Shown here: one piece after another, positions 18,446 to 27,893 of the stretch | Layout: every line of letters starts with the position of its first letter | Position numbering within the stretch: position 1 is the first letter of the stretch | NCBI GenBank assembly: GCA_027001995.1 | Contig: JALTLO010000133.1 | Span: forward strand, 1-63,827 | Direction of reading: 5' to 3' | DNA from: Planctomycetota bacterium | GTDB taxonomy: Bacteria > Planctomycetota > GCA-002687715 > DRQF01 | Length of the DNA: 63,827 nt | The notes under the pieces: generated by a model | The model's database searches: none | Told to the model about the DNA's origin: nothing | What the model saw: the letters and a program-made list of their open reading frames with translations, nothing else | Made by a program: the position numbers and the translations under genes

Positions 18446-18943
18446 ATGCAGACAGCTACACCGACCTTAAGAAAAAGCCTCGAACAACGGGTTGAACAAG
18501 CCATCTTGGATGTCTTGCATCGTGTTGCCACCTTGGATGCCCGTCGTGTTTCCATTGAAGATCAGCGTCGCCATTTAGGGCGAATGTTGACCTGCCAGGT
18601 CTCCCTTATGGGCACAGGTTGGATTGGCTCCCTCATTCTTTTGGTTCCTTCAGATGCCAGTGTCAAGCTCACCCAGAAAATCGCTGGATGCGCGGTGGAG
18701 GCCGGGCCCAAAGGAGCCGACATTGCCCAGGCCATGGGCACCTTAACGGCAGCAATCGGTTTGGCCTTTGGCAAGAGCTTCAATGATGAAGAAAGCATCA
18801 CCGTGGGAATGCCAACAGTCCTGGCTGGTGGCGATGTTGCGGTTAGTTTTCCCTGGGGAAAAGATTTTGAATCGAGGCAGTGCTTTGCCACTCAAGACCA
18901 CGCCCTTTGGGCAATTCTTCGTTTAAGTCACACCAACCGCTAA
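18446..18943 (+). CDS. CheX-like protein lacking the ExxN motif
   Basis: VSLMG..W.GSLIL; D...AMG.L...I; ITVGMPTVLAG match the CheX pattern; GGAG RBS. Confidence 0.65.
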   Translation: MQTATPTLRKSLEQRVEQAILDVLHRVATLDARRVSIEDQRRHLGRMLTCQVSLMGTGWIGSLILLVPSDASVKLTQKIAGCAVEAGPKGADIAQAMGTLTAAIGLAFGKSFNDEESITVGMPTVLAGGDVAVSFPWGKDFESRQCFATQDHALWAILRLSHTNR

Positions 18944-19059
18944 TTCACTGAATATAATCTGAGATCCCCAAGGTGTTTCCTATTCCTCTGGAGAAGGGTT
19001 TACCTGGGTGTGTGATTCTGATGAAATGCGCTTCGCATTTCTCATGGATGGATCTACAG

Positions 19060-19686
19060 ATGTTCAAATCAATTCGGTCGCTGACTTCCCTTTTCCTCTT
19101 CGTTTTCGCATGAGTCCTGCATGGACAAGATGAACAGTCTCCTGTTCGACTTGAATTACAACTAACAATTGAATCGGCACTCCGTGAACGAACAAAAGTT
19201 CCATCCGGCAAGATCGACATTGACTTGATCATGCTGGGAAAAGATTTCTGTGGCAGTCCTCCCCAAGCCATGTCTCAATCTATCGACGGTTCATCAATTT
19301 GTTTCTCTTGGCGCAAGGATACACAAGAACGGAGTAATTTTCTGCTTGATCTAGCCACCCTGAAGCTGCGGAAATTGGCTGAAAATGAGGAACTGCCGGC
19401 TTCTTATCGGGAGTCATTTCTCAGTCCGAATCAGGCTCGTGCAGCTTACATGCGTGACAACAAGATTTGGCTCATTGAATTGGGAACCAAAGAAAAGAAA
19501 CTTCTTTACGGGGGCAAAGGCGGACGGACGTTTCTTGGCTTTGCTGAGGAAAGCAAGAAGTTGATTTACCGATCGAGGTCCGACCTTTGCACCATCGAGA
19601 TAGAGTCGCGACTTGTCTTGAAATTCATGTCATTGGCCGATGAGTACAAACAGATTTTCAAGCTCTTTCAGGAAGCACTTCAGTAA
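19060..19686 (+). pseudogene. Probable pseudogene: N-terminal fragment of an exported S9/DPP-IV-like peptidase
   Basis: In-frame TGA at 19111 inside a signal-peptide-like stretch. IMLGKDFCGSPP..S.DG..I.FSW resembles S9 beta-propeller N-termini. The frame ends at about 208 codons with no catalytic domain. Confidence 0.5.
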
Positions 19687-20038
19687 AGAGGACTTGAGGC
19701 CCCAGGACGGGTCGCGTTTTGGAGAAAAAGAGGCCCAGAGCGCCATCTCGATTGGGCTTTTCAACCACAAACGGGCCTCCCGGGAGGGAATTTCTTTCTA
19801 AGAAACACCGAAATTCACCTCATTTGGACATTCAAATATTCTCGTTGGCAGGAGAAAATATGGTTTCTGAAGGCGGAACAGGCTATGAGCCGCCTCTTGG
19901 ACGGAGGGAGTATCAAGAGCTTCGGAAAGCACCAGAATACCCGTTTCCGGGGGCAGAAGCGGGGCAATACAAGGTTGGGCAAGGGCTTAGCTCCCCCGGA
20001 TTCCGAGATTTTTGCTCTGGACTTCAAATTTTGGCCAT

Positions 20039-20066
20039 TTGATTTTTGCCAATCACATCCTATGGT
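20039..20066 (+). promoter_or_regulatory. Candidate sigma70 promoter upstream of the topoisomerase leader
   Basis: TTGATT-N16-TATGGT. Confidence 0.35.
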
Positions 20067-20291
20067 CTTCCCTGTTAGCCCGACTTCTTCATGAAATCGC
20101 GGTCGTTGTGTGAGGAAATGCCCCGCAAGGAAAGCTCAGGACAACAGCTCCTCGGGTTTCTTTTCAAGACACAACATAGCCAGGGGTGGCTGCGTGGTGG
20201 TGATAGATTGGGTTAGAGGACGGTGCCTCGGTTATATTGCGAAGTCGTAGGTAGCCGAAGTTAAAGAAACACACATTCAGGACAGGGGCCG

Positions 20292-22958
20292 ATGGGAAAA
20301 ACACTCATCATCACGGAAAAGAAGTCCGTAGCCGATGATTTTGCGCGCGTTCTCGGCCATGTCGGGACCTCCGGCAGCAAAGAGGGCAGGACTTTCAAAT
20401 CGGAAACCCTTCATTACGAAAGTGAAGATCTGATCATTGCATGGGCCTCAGGGCACCTGCTCATGCTGCAAGAACCCGGCCTTTACGATAAGGCTTGGAA
20501 ATTCTGGAGCCTTCGCAATCTCCCCATCATTCCGAAGAATTTCGTCCATGTTCCCCGCGGGGATGACGCCAAGGCCAAGAAAATGTTGGCCAACTTGGTC
20601 AAACAGATCAGACGCGATGACGTGGAGAAAGTCATCAATGGCTGTGATGCTGGCCGTGAGGGCGAGCTCATTTTCCACTTGATCATGGACCACGCTCTGA
20701 GCAAACGTCCCAAAGCGAAAGCTGAAAAGCCGATTCAGCGCTTGTGGCTTCAGTCCATGACCACAGGAAGTATCCAAGCTTCCTTCAAAGATCTCCGTCC
20801 CGATGCTGAGATGATTCATTTGAAGGACGCGGCTTACAGTCGTGATCAAGCTGATTGGCTGGTGGGTATGAATGGCACCCGAGCTTTGACGAAACGGTTC
20901 TTAGGGGGCAAGAATCGGGTGAGTTTGGCCGTTGGCCGGGTGAAGACACCGACCCTGGCATTCTTGGTTGACCGGGAAAGAGAAATAGACAACTTCACTC
21001 CCGTCCCTTATTGGGAGTTGCACGCTCAGTTTAGCGTCGATGTGACTGGCAAAGGTGGAGAAGACACCCACTATGAGTCTCGTTGGTATGGGAAGAACGA
21101 AGAAGGCAAAACTGTCGATCGCATCTTAGAGAGAGATGAAGCCGACAAGATTTTAGAACGCATTAACAACCAAGTGGGTGACGTGGTTGATACCGTTCGT
21201 AAGTCACGAGAAAAACCCCCTCAACTCTTTGACTTAACGACTCTTCAAAGACGTGCTAGTTCGGCTTTCGGATTCACTCTAAAACGGACTTTGTCAATTG
21301 CGCAAAGCCTTTACGAAAAGAAAAAGGCGATCACCTATCCGCGTACGTCCTCCCGCTATTTGCCTGACGACTACCGTGGGGAAGTCCCCAAGCTGATCGA
21401 CAAATTGGCGGAAGGTGAATACAGTTTCATTGCGTCCAAAGTCCCCAATCGAGCTAACCCAGATAGTGAAAAGCCAGGTCAAGTTTTTGATGACAAAAAA
21501 GTCAGCGATCACTTTGCCCTTATACCGACTGGGGAGATACCCAAAAGTCTGAGGCCCGACGAGAAAAAACTTTACGACCTTATTGTCAGGCGCTTCTTCG
21601 CCGCCTTTATGCCTTCCGCCCAAAGAGAGACCACCTCTCGCAAGACAACTGTGAACGGCGAGACATTCAAGTCTAGCGCTCGCAAGCTCATTGTTGCGGG
21701 ATGGCGCGATGCTGAACCGATTGCTGCAGACGACAAGCCATTCCCAGAATTAGGAGCGGAAGAAAAGGCTTTGTGCATCGAAACGGATCTGATTGACAAG
21801 GCAACGTCGCCTCCTTCCAGATATACCGATGGTACTTTGGTGGGGGAAATGGAAACTTGCGGTAAGCACGTGGAAAACGAGGAAGAAGCCGAAGCCCTCA
21901 AAGAAATTGGCATTGGAACCCCAGCTACCCGGGCTGCGATTGTCGAAGACCTAATCTACAAGAGGTTATCAAGGCGGGAAGGCCGTAGCCTAGTTCCTAC
22001 GGCTCTGGGAGGAACTCTCATCCGTGTCGTTCGCAACCTGGAGCTGGATCAACTGGCCAAACCCGATATGACCGGCACTTGGGAGCGACGTCTGCGTCTC
22101 CTTACTGATGGTGAATATGACACCGAGCGGTTCCGTAGGGAAATCAAAGAGTCAGTGGAAGACATGGTTTCGAAGGTCCAGAACGCCGAAAGTGGTTCCG
22201 CCGTTTTCGAGATTGACCACCCGGAAAAGTTGACCTGCCCCAAGTGTAAGAAACCGCTGGAAGAAAAGGCCTACAGCTACTTCTGCCAAGACCAAGAAGA
22301 ATGTGGTGTGCGGATTCACAAAGATGCAGGGGGCAAGCATCTTTTTCCTGAGATCCTTGCTCAGCTTATTTCAATGAAGGATGAGGAAGATCCCTTCATC
22401 GGTCCATTCACTGGATTCGAACGGCCCAAAGCTCCCTGCTTCATGAAGATCACTGATGATGGCATGGTTGTCTTGAAGCCTGATGGTGACATCGACTTCG
22501 AATCTCCGGAGATGAAGCCAGAAGAGCAAGTGGAAGATGGTGTTGTGATGGGCAAGTGCCCTCAATGCCAAGAGGAAGTTAAGTCTCTGGGTTCCGGCTA
22601 TAAATGTACGGGTTGTAAGTTCCGTCTATCGAAGAAACTCCTCTTCCGCGAATTGCCACCAGCCCAAGTGAAGAAACTTCTGTCCAGCCCCGAAGGTGAA
22701 ACCGACTTGATTGAAGGTTTTATTTCGAAACGGGGTCGACCTTTCAATGCTCAGCTCTACTTTGATGAGAAGGGATCGTTGAAGTGGAAATTCCCCCCAC
22801 GCCCAAAAAAGGCAGCTAAGAAGAAGGTCAAAAAGAAGGCTAAAAAGAAGACGAAGAAGAAGGTGACCAAGAAAAAGGTCGCCAAGAAGAAGGTTGCAAA
22901 GAAGAAAGCAGCCACCAAGAAAAAAGCGGCGAAGAAGACCGACGACAAGTCGGAGTAA
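20292..22958 (+). CDS. topB: Type IA DNA topoisomerase (Topo III-like) with zinc-ribbon/C-terminal repeats and a Lys-rich tail
   Basis: ITEK.SVA; DAGREGELIF; RLWLQSMT; GMNGTRA; ITYPRT (catalytic Tyr); GIGTPATRA; CPKC/CPQC; GFISKRGRPFNA. Confidence 0.9.
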   Translation: MGKTLIITEKKSVADDFARVLGHVGTSGSKEGRTFKSETLHYESEDLIIAWASGHLLMLQEPGLYDKAWKFWSLRNLPIIPKNFVHVPRGDDAKAKKMLANLVKQIRRDDVEKVINGCDAGREGELIFHLIMDHALSKRPKAKAEKPIQRLWLQSMTTGSIQASFKDLRPDAEMIHLKDAAYSRDQADWLVGMNGTRALTKRFLGGKNRVSLAVGRVKTPTLAFLVDREREIDNFTPVPYWELHAQFSVDVTGKGGEDTHYESRWYGKNEEGKTVDRILERDEADKILERINNQVGDVVDTVRKSREKPPQLFDLTTLQRRASSAFGFTLKRTLSIAQSLYEKKKAITYPRTSSRYLPDDYRGEVPKLIDKLAEGEYSFIASKVPNRANPDSEKPGQVFDDKKVSDHFALIPTGEIPKSLRPDEKKLYDLIVRRFFAAFMPSAQRETTSRKTTVNGETFKSSARKLIVAGWRDAEPIAADDKPFPELGAEEKALCIETDLIDKATSPPSRYTDGTLVGEMETCGKHVENEEEAEALKEIGIGTPATRAAIVEDLIYKRLSRREGRSLVPTALGGTLIRVVRNLELDQLAKPDMTGTWERRLRLLTDGEYDTERFRREIKESVEDMVSKVQNAESGSAVFEIDHPEKLTCPKCKKPLEEKAYSYFCQDQEECGVRIHKDAGGKHLFPEILAQLISMKDEEDPFIGPFTGFERPKAPCFMKITDDGMVVLKPDGDIDFESPEMKPEEQVEDGVVMGKCPQCQEEVKSLGSGYKCTGCKFRLSKKLLFRELPPAQVKKLLSSPEGETDLIEGFISKRGRPFNAQLYFDEKGSLKWKFPPRPKKAAKKKVKKKAKKKTKKKVTKKKVAKKKVAKKKAATKKKAAKKTDDKSE

Positions 22959-23038
22959 GAAGGCTTCTTGTTTGCCAATCATGCAATGCAAGTAAACGTT
23001 GATCCCAACATTCCCCGGATCTACGTGATGGTGAAGCC

Positions 23039-24406
23039 ATGAAGATATTGCTTTGCGTCCACATCTATCTGCCTGAGCACAGAGCTGGAGTTGAACTCTA
23101 CACTGCTCAACTTGCTTCACATCTCGGGGCACAGGCGGACGTAGCCGTCGTAACCACGAAGAAGGTCATTTCACGGGTAACAGGGCACGTCAGTCAGCGC
23201 GTGGAGTCGGGTGTTCCTCTTTGGGAAGTGGTCAACAATCTCTGCCACGATTCTGTAGAAGACACATGGAACAACCCGGCTATGGAAGAGGCCTTCGCCG
23301 CAGTCCTAAGAGAGTTTCGTCCAGATGTCGTTCACTTTCAGCATCTTATGTATTGGTCTGTGGGATTACCGCGCTTGGCGAAACAAGCTGGCTGCCGCAC
23401 CTATCTGACTCTCCATGATTTTTGGCTGATGTGTTCTCGCATGGGGCAATTGGTGGCTCCCAATGGCCAACTCTGCCAATCACCCGAACTCCATAAATGC
23501 GCATCCTGTCTTGAAGCCACTCCTTTTGGTCAACCAGAAAATGCCAAAATTTGGATCTCGAGGTTGATTCGATTGCGAAGACTCACGGGCATCGCTTTGG
23601 ACGAGCCCATGCGTTGGGCGGCGGCTAAAAAGGGTGGCGACGTTCCTTCTAAGCCTCCAACAAATTGGGAGGAAACAAGAGCAACGGCCAAGAGTCTTGA
23701 ATACGTTGTCCAGCGCCAGGCTGCTTTTCAATCGTTAGTCCAGTACCTCGATTTGATCATTACACCTTCACAAGACCTCATGGACCGTTTCATCAACTGG
23801 GGCTTGGACTCGAAGAAATTTCGGTACTTGCCCCAGGGACGAGACCATGCCGCATTTGCGAAGATCAAACCGAGGAAGTTTTGCGGCAGCACTCATTTTG
23901 TCTTTGTGGGAACCATTGCTCCTCATAAAGGGATTCGAGAACTGGTGGAGGCAGCCAAAAATTTAGAGGGCAGGAATTGGTCCTTGGAGATCTATGGGCC
24001 TTACGCCAAACAAATGGCCTATTGGCAGGAAGTGAAAGCCTGCGCTAAGTCCCAGGATAACATCACTCTCCATGGCCCTGTGGCCCCAGAAGATTTGCCT
24101 GCGGTGTTTGCCAAAGCTGACGTATTCTGCATTCCTTCATTATGGAATGAGTGTTGCCCATTGACGATTCAAGAGGCTTTCATGGCGCATGTCCCGGTCA
24201 TCGCTTCGGATCTGGGAGGGATGAAAGAACTGGTACAGGACGGAGTCGGCGGCCTCAGGGCAGAAGCTGGTAATGTGGAAGACTGGACTCGTGTGATGCA
24301 GTCCGTGGTCGATTCCCCGAGCCTTCTGGAGCAACTCAAACGAACCGTCCCGGCCGTTCCTGAGATTGAGGAGCACATCGAAGAATTACGTCGTATCTAC
24401 GGCTGA
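23039..24406 (+). CDS. Glycosyltransferase family 4
   Basis: AGVELYT; PDVVHFQH; HKG; PSLWNE..PLTIQEA; SDLGGMKE. Confidence 0.92.
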   Translation: MKILLCVHIYLPEHRAGVELYTAQLASHLGAQADVAVVTTKKVISRVTGHVSQRVESGVPLWEVVNNLCHDSVEDTWNNPAMEEAFAAVLREFRPDVVHFQHLMYWSVGLPRLAKQAGCRTYLTLHDFWLMCSRMGQLVAPNGQLCQSPELHKCASCLEATPFGQPENAKIWISRLIRLRRLTGIALDEPMRWAAAKKGGDVPSKPPTNWEETRATAKSLEYVVQRQAAFQSLVQYLDLIITPSQDLMDRFINWGLDSKKFRYLPQGRDHAAFAKIKPRKFCGSTHFVFVGTIAPHKGIRELVEAAKNLEGRNWSLEIYGPYAKQMAYWQEVKACAKSQDNITLHGPVAPEDLPAVFAKADVFCIPSLWNECCPLTIQEAFMAHVPVIASDLGGMKELVQDGVGGLRAEAGNVEDWTRVMQSVVDSPSLLEQLKRTVPAVPEIEEHIEELRRIYG

Positions 24407-25336
24407 AATCTTCGGTTCAACGTAGGAACACTTTCGGCCTCCGCGATACATCCCCTCCATTTGTAGGAATGCCCAGAACGGCGCAGCCAAGAGGCCCCAG
24501 AACCTCAGAGCCCAAGATGATTTCCCCGCAGTCAAACAGCTTTTCCAGAAGCGGAAGCAGGTCCCAGCAGAACGTCTCAGTTGCATGTATCGTGTGTCTA
24601 TTGGGACGAAATCACAAAGAGTTCTGAGTGTCTGATGCACAGAAGAAACTCGAGAATAAAATTCCTTCCAAGTTACATCGTGAGAGTGGGAAACAATGGA
24701 GGCTGGGCAAAAGGCAATGGAACCGCCACTTAAAAGGTAAGATCGAGCCCAAATCAGATCTTCCCCGAACATCGTGGGCTCGAAGGGGTGATTCATCAGT
24801 GATTGCCGATAGATGGCGCTGGATACGTTGTCGAAGCGAATGCGCTCCACTCGAGCCAGTGGGCTGAGGCCCGCATATTCTTCGGGGGACAAGGGCAAGC
24901 GGAGTTCACAAGCCATCGATTTCTTCATATGCCGCTGGACGTTGATGAGTTGGAAGGGATGGCAACTCTGTCGAGGTTCTTGGGCTGAGAAACAGGCAAC
25001 GGTAGGAGAGTTCTTCATGGGGGCGATGAGCTCGGCCAACCATTGATCATTGCGAGGTTTTGCATCTTGTGACAGAAAGACAATGACTTCCGATTGGGAT
25101 TCTTTGGCTACTCGGTTGCGGGTTTGTCCGTGATTAAATGTCTCTTGCGGAATAACCTCAAAAGGTACATGGCGAGAAGCGAGTGCTTCGTGAGTAAATC
25201 CGTCATTAGAACTCGAATCGACAACAGTGAGTTCGAAATCGCCTTCGTAGTCTTGGGTCAAAACGGAATCCAAGACATCAGCGAATTCTGGACCGGCATT
25301 CCAAGTTGGGATGAAAATCGTCACCGAAGGAATCAT
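24386..25336 (-). CDS. Glycosyltransferase family 2 (rhamnosyltransferase-like)
   Basis: IPTWNA; VDSSS.D; FNHG.TRN; FLSQDA; FGED. Confidence 0.9.
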   Translation of the reverse strand: MIPSVTIFIPTWNAGPEFADVLDSVLTQDYEGDFELTVVDSSSNDGFTHEALASRHVPFEVIPQETFNHGQTRNRVAKESQSEVIVFLSQDAKPRNDQWLAELIAPMKNSPTVACFSAQEPRQSCHPFQLINVQRHMKKSMACELRLPLSPEEYAGLSPLARVERIRFDNVSSAIYRQSLMNHPFEPTMFGEDLIWARSYLLSGGSIAFCPASIVSHSHDVTWKEFYSRVSSVHQTLRTLCDFVPIDTRYMQLRRSAGTCFRFWKSCLTAGKSSWALRFWGLLAAPFWAFLQMEGMYRGGRKCSYVEPKISAVDTT

Positions 25337-26391
25337 GTGAGCGGTCTCACCAGAAACCACCAGGCTCCTAAGAGCTTGTCCAGGACAGTTTGGGCCATGC
25401 CAATCAATCCTTTGCGTTCAATGAGAGGAGAGATGGTGAGATGATCTGAACCGAGGAGAACTCTGTCGCGGACCTTTCGGGCTCTTTGAATAGCACTTCT
25501 TTTTCGCAGAATCGCGGGCAACATTTTCACGAGCGCCCACTTACCTTGCAACCATGATCCTGCGCAACCACTCTTGGCAGCAAAGAAGAAATAGGCCAAC
25601 TCATAGAGTGCCAATCCTGGGCTCCCTAGCAAGATCGCTCGCCAGCCATGGTTCTTGAGGATGCCAATCCAGCGGTTGCGGCTATGAAGAAAGACCCGAC
25701 GTTTGCTGTATGAGCCTTTTTCCCGAAATGAAATCCCTTCAGTACCTTCCCGATGAAACACCAGCGCTTGGGGAACGTGAACGATGCGTTGCCCTCGGCT
25801 TCGTACCCGGTAGGAAAGGTCATGGTCCTCAAAGAGAATGAAATGGGCTGGGTCGTAGGCTCCGCATTCGAGGATAAGATCAGCTCTCAATAGCAAGGCA
25901 ACACTGATGGCTGCATCGATGTCGGCTACCTCTTTTCGCGCCTCCGACAAAGGACCATAGAAATTGTGAAGGGTCATCATGCCAACGTAGTGCATGGAGG
26001 CACCATCATAGTGCACCCGGTCTCGCTCGCCATCGAACAAGGATCGGGGGTGGACGATGGCAACGTTTTCCTCCATCTGAGTTAGGAGCGACTCTAAGCA
26101 CTGAGGATGAAGCATGGCATCATTGTCGATGGACAAAACCAGGTTGTTGCGGGCTTCCGTCAAACCAGCATTTCTCGCAGGACAAGGGCCATCATTGGAC
26201 TCTAAGACCACGATTTTCACTTGGGGAAAGGATTCCCTTACGAATGGGACCGAATCGTCGTCTGAATTGTTGTCCACCAAGATGATCTCATCTGCTGGAT
26301 AACTCTGGTTTAGGGCCGCCTCAATGCAGTCATTCAAGTAATGACGGCCGTTCCAATTGGTAATAGCGATGGTGACTGATTCTTCGTGCAT
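25333..26391 (-). CDS. Glycosyltransferase family 2
   Basis: NWNG; VDNNSDDDS; ARNAG; DND; ED.DL.YR. Confidence 0.9.
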   Translation of the reverse strand: MHEESVTIAITNWNGRHYLNDCIEAALNQSYPADEIILVDNNSDDDSVPFVRESFPQVKIVVLESNDGPCPARNAGLTEARNNLVLSIDNDAMLHPQCLESLLTQMEENVAIVHPRSLFDGERDRVHYDGASMHYVGMMTLHNFYGPLSEARKEVADIDAAISVALLLRADLILECGAYDPAHFILFEDHDLSYRVRSRGQRIVHVPQALVFHREGTEGISFREKGSYSKRRVFLHSRNRWIGILKNHGWRAILLGSPGLALYELAYFFFAAKSGCAGSWLQGKWALVKMLPAILRKRSAIQRARKVRDRVLLGSDHLTISPLIERKGLIGMAQTVLDKLLGAWWFLVRPLT

Positions 26392-26478
26392 GGCGGAAAC
26401 ATACCACAACCGGGCGCGTGTGTGCTATAAAGCGTCTGCACATCTGGCCAAAGTTTGTTCTGTTTTGTGGGTGATGGC

Positions 26479-27861
26479 TTGAAGATTCTGACTGTTAGTC
26501 ACGGTTTCCCTCCAGACCAAATGGCTGGAGCAGAGATCTACGCCTATAAGGTATCGATGGGCCTTCGAGCCAGAGGCATGGATGTCACCGTTTTTGCTCC
26601 GGGAAGTCGTCCTGAAGCAAGAGAATATCAGATTCTGACTGAGAACGTCGATGGTCTACCTGTCCTCAGGATGAATAACAATTTCCTCGATCTCCATGAT
26701 CTGGCCTCCACCTACGGCAATGTAGACATTGAAACAGTCTTTCGCCAAGTCATAGCTGAGCAAAATCCAGACATTGTCCACGTCCACCACACCATAGGCA
26801 CAACGGCCAACAACATCGCCATTGCCAAAGAAGGGGGGGCCAAGGTCATCGTCACGCTTCACGACTTCTGGTTTCATTGTGCTCGTGGCCAAAGGCTGAC
26901 ACCGCGAAATCACCTCTGCGTCAAGGTCCAGCCTTGGCGCTGTTCGTTGTGCTTGGCCAAGAAGAGAACGCGCTATCTGCTCAACTACGTCATGGCTTCC
27001 CTAAGAGGAAAAGCTCGGTGCCAGAGAGATGAAAGCCCCTTCGTCGGCTTGGCCAAGTTGCCCCTGAGGTTGGTCCCTTACATCTTCAATGAATTCGGCA
27101 CGCGGCCCATGACAAAACGAGCGCAAGTAATGGCGGATTCCTTGGCTCTTGCGGATATTATTCTCGCCCCTTCGAAATTCATTGCTAGCAAGTATGTGGA
27201 AGAGGGTGTCGATCCTCAGAAGATCAAACATTGGCCTTATGGATTGGACGAAGGGACTTTTCCCCCCAAAGAAGAGAAAACCCGGCCAACTGAAGGTGAA
27301 AAGTTGAGGTTCGGATTTGTCGGCACTTTGATTCCTTCCAAGGGAGTCGATCTCCTCGTGTCGGCCTTTCAGTCCATTTCTCCAGAAGCCGCTACCTTGG
27401 AGATCCATGGTGGGCCAGCGGGGCCTAATGGTCCAACTTACGAGTCCAAACTTAAGCAGATGAATCGACATCCAGGGCTCACTTTTCACGGACGATTTGA
27501 CAACAAAGAAATTGTCTCAACGCTTGAGCGATTCGATGTTCTTGTGGTTCCTAGCCGCTGGTACGAGAACGCCCCTCTGACTCTGGCCGAATCTTCTTTG
27601 GCAGGTTTGGCGGCCATTACCACCGGCCATGGGGGCATGGAAGAACTCGCCGAAAATTTCGGCAATGCCATCACCTTCACACCATTTTCCAAAGACTCCC
27701 TCACCCAAGCCATGCAGAAACTCATTGATGATGAAGGGTTGTTGTGCAAGCTAAAAAACGCCATCGGCCATGTGCGCACCGTTGAGGATGATATCAATGC
27801 TTTGGTCCGACTCATGACGAACTTGTCCTCAGAAGCCACAGACAGTTTTGTTGAGAACTGA
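26479..27861 (+). CDS. Glycosyltransferase family 4
   Basis: HGFPP..AGAEIY; PDIVHVHH; KG; PSRWYENAPL. TTG start inferred. Confidence 0.92.
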   Translation: MKILTVSHGFPPDQMAGAEIYAYKVSMGLRARGMDVTVFAPGSRPEAREYQILTENVDGLPVLRMNNNFLDLHDLASTYGNVDIETVFRQVIAEQNPDIVHVHHTIGTTANNIAIAKEGGAKVIVTLHDFWFHCARGQRLTPRNHLCVKVQPWRCSLCLAKKRTRYLLNYVMASLRGKARCQRDESPFVGLAKLPLRLVPYIFNEFGTRPMTKRAQVMADSLALADIILAPSKFIASKYVEEGVDPQKIKHWPYGLDEGTFPPKEEKTRPTEGEKLRFGFVGTLIPSKGVDLLVSAFQSISPEAATLEIHGGPAGPNGPTYESKLKQMNRHPGLTFHGRFDNKEIVSTLERFDVLVVPSRWYENAPLTLAESSLAGLAAITTGHGGMEELAENFGNAITFTPFSKDSLTQAMQKLIDDEGLLCKLKNAIGHVRTVEDDINALVRLMTNLSSEATDSFVEN

Positions 27862-27893
27862 TAGGATGGGCGCACATGAAGGAGATCTATGCC

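Noticed and set aside
19111..19113. In-frame TGA as selenocysteine or genetic-code reassignment
   Set aside because: It lies in a signal-peptide-like region with no redox motif, and TGA ends many intact genes in this window.
20130..20152. SRP RNA domain IV (TCAGG...CAGC)
   Set aside because: It lacks the inner stem and GNRA tetraloop between the two motifs.
22806..22945. AAGAAG-rich repeats as a CRISPR or tandem repeat
   Set aside because: Explained by Lys codons in the topoisomerase tail; there is no repeat-spacer structure.
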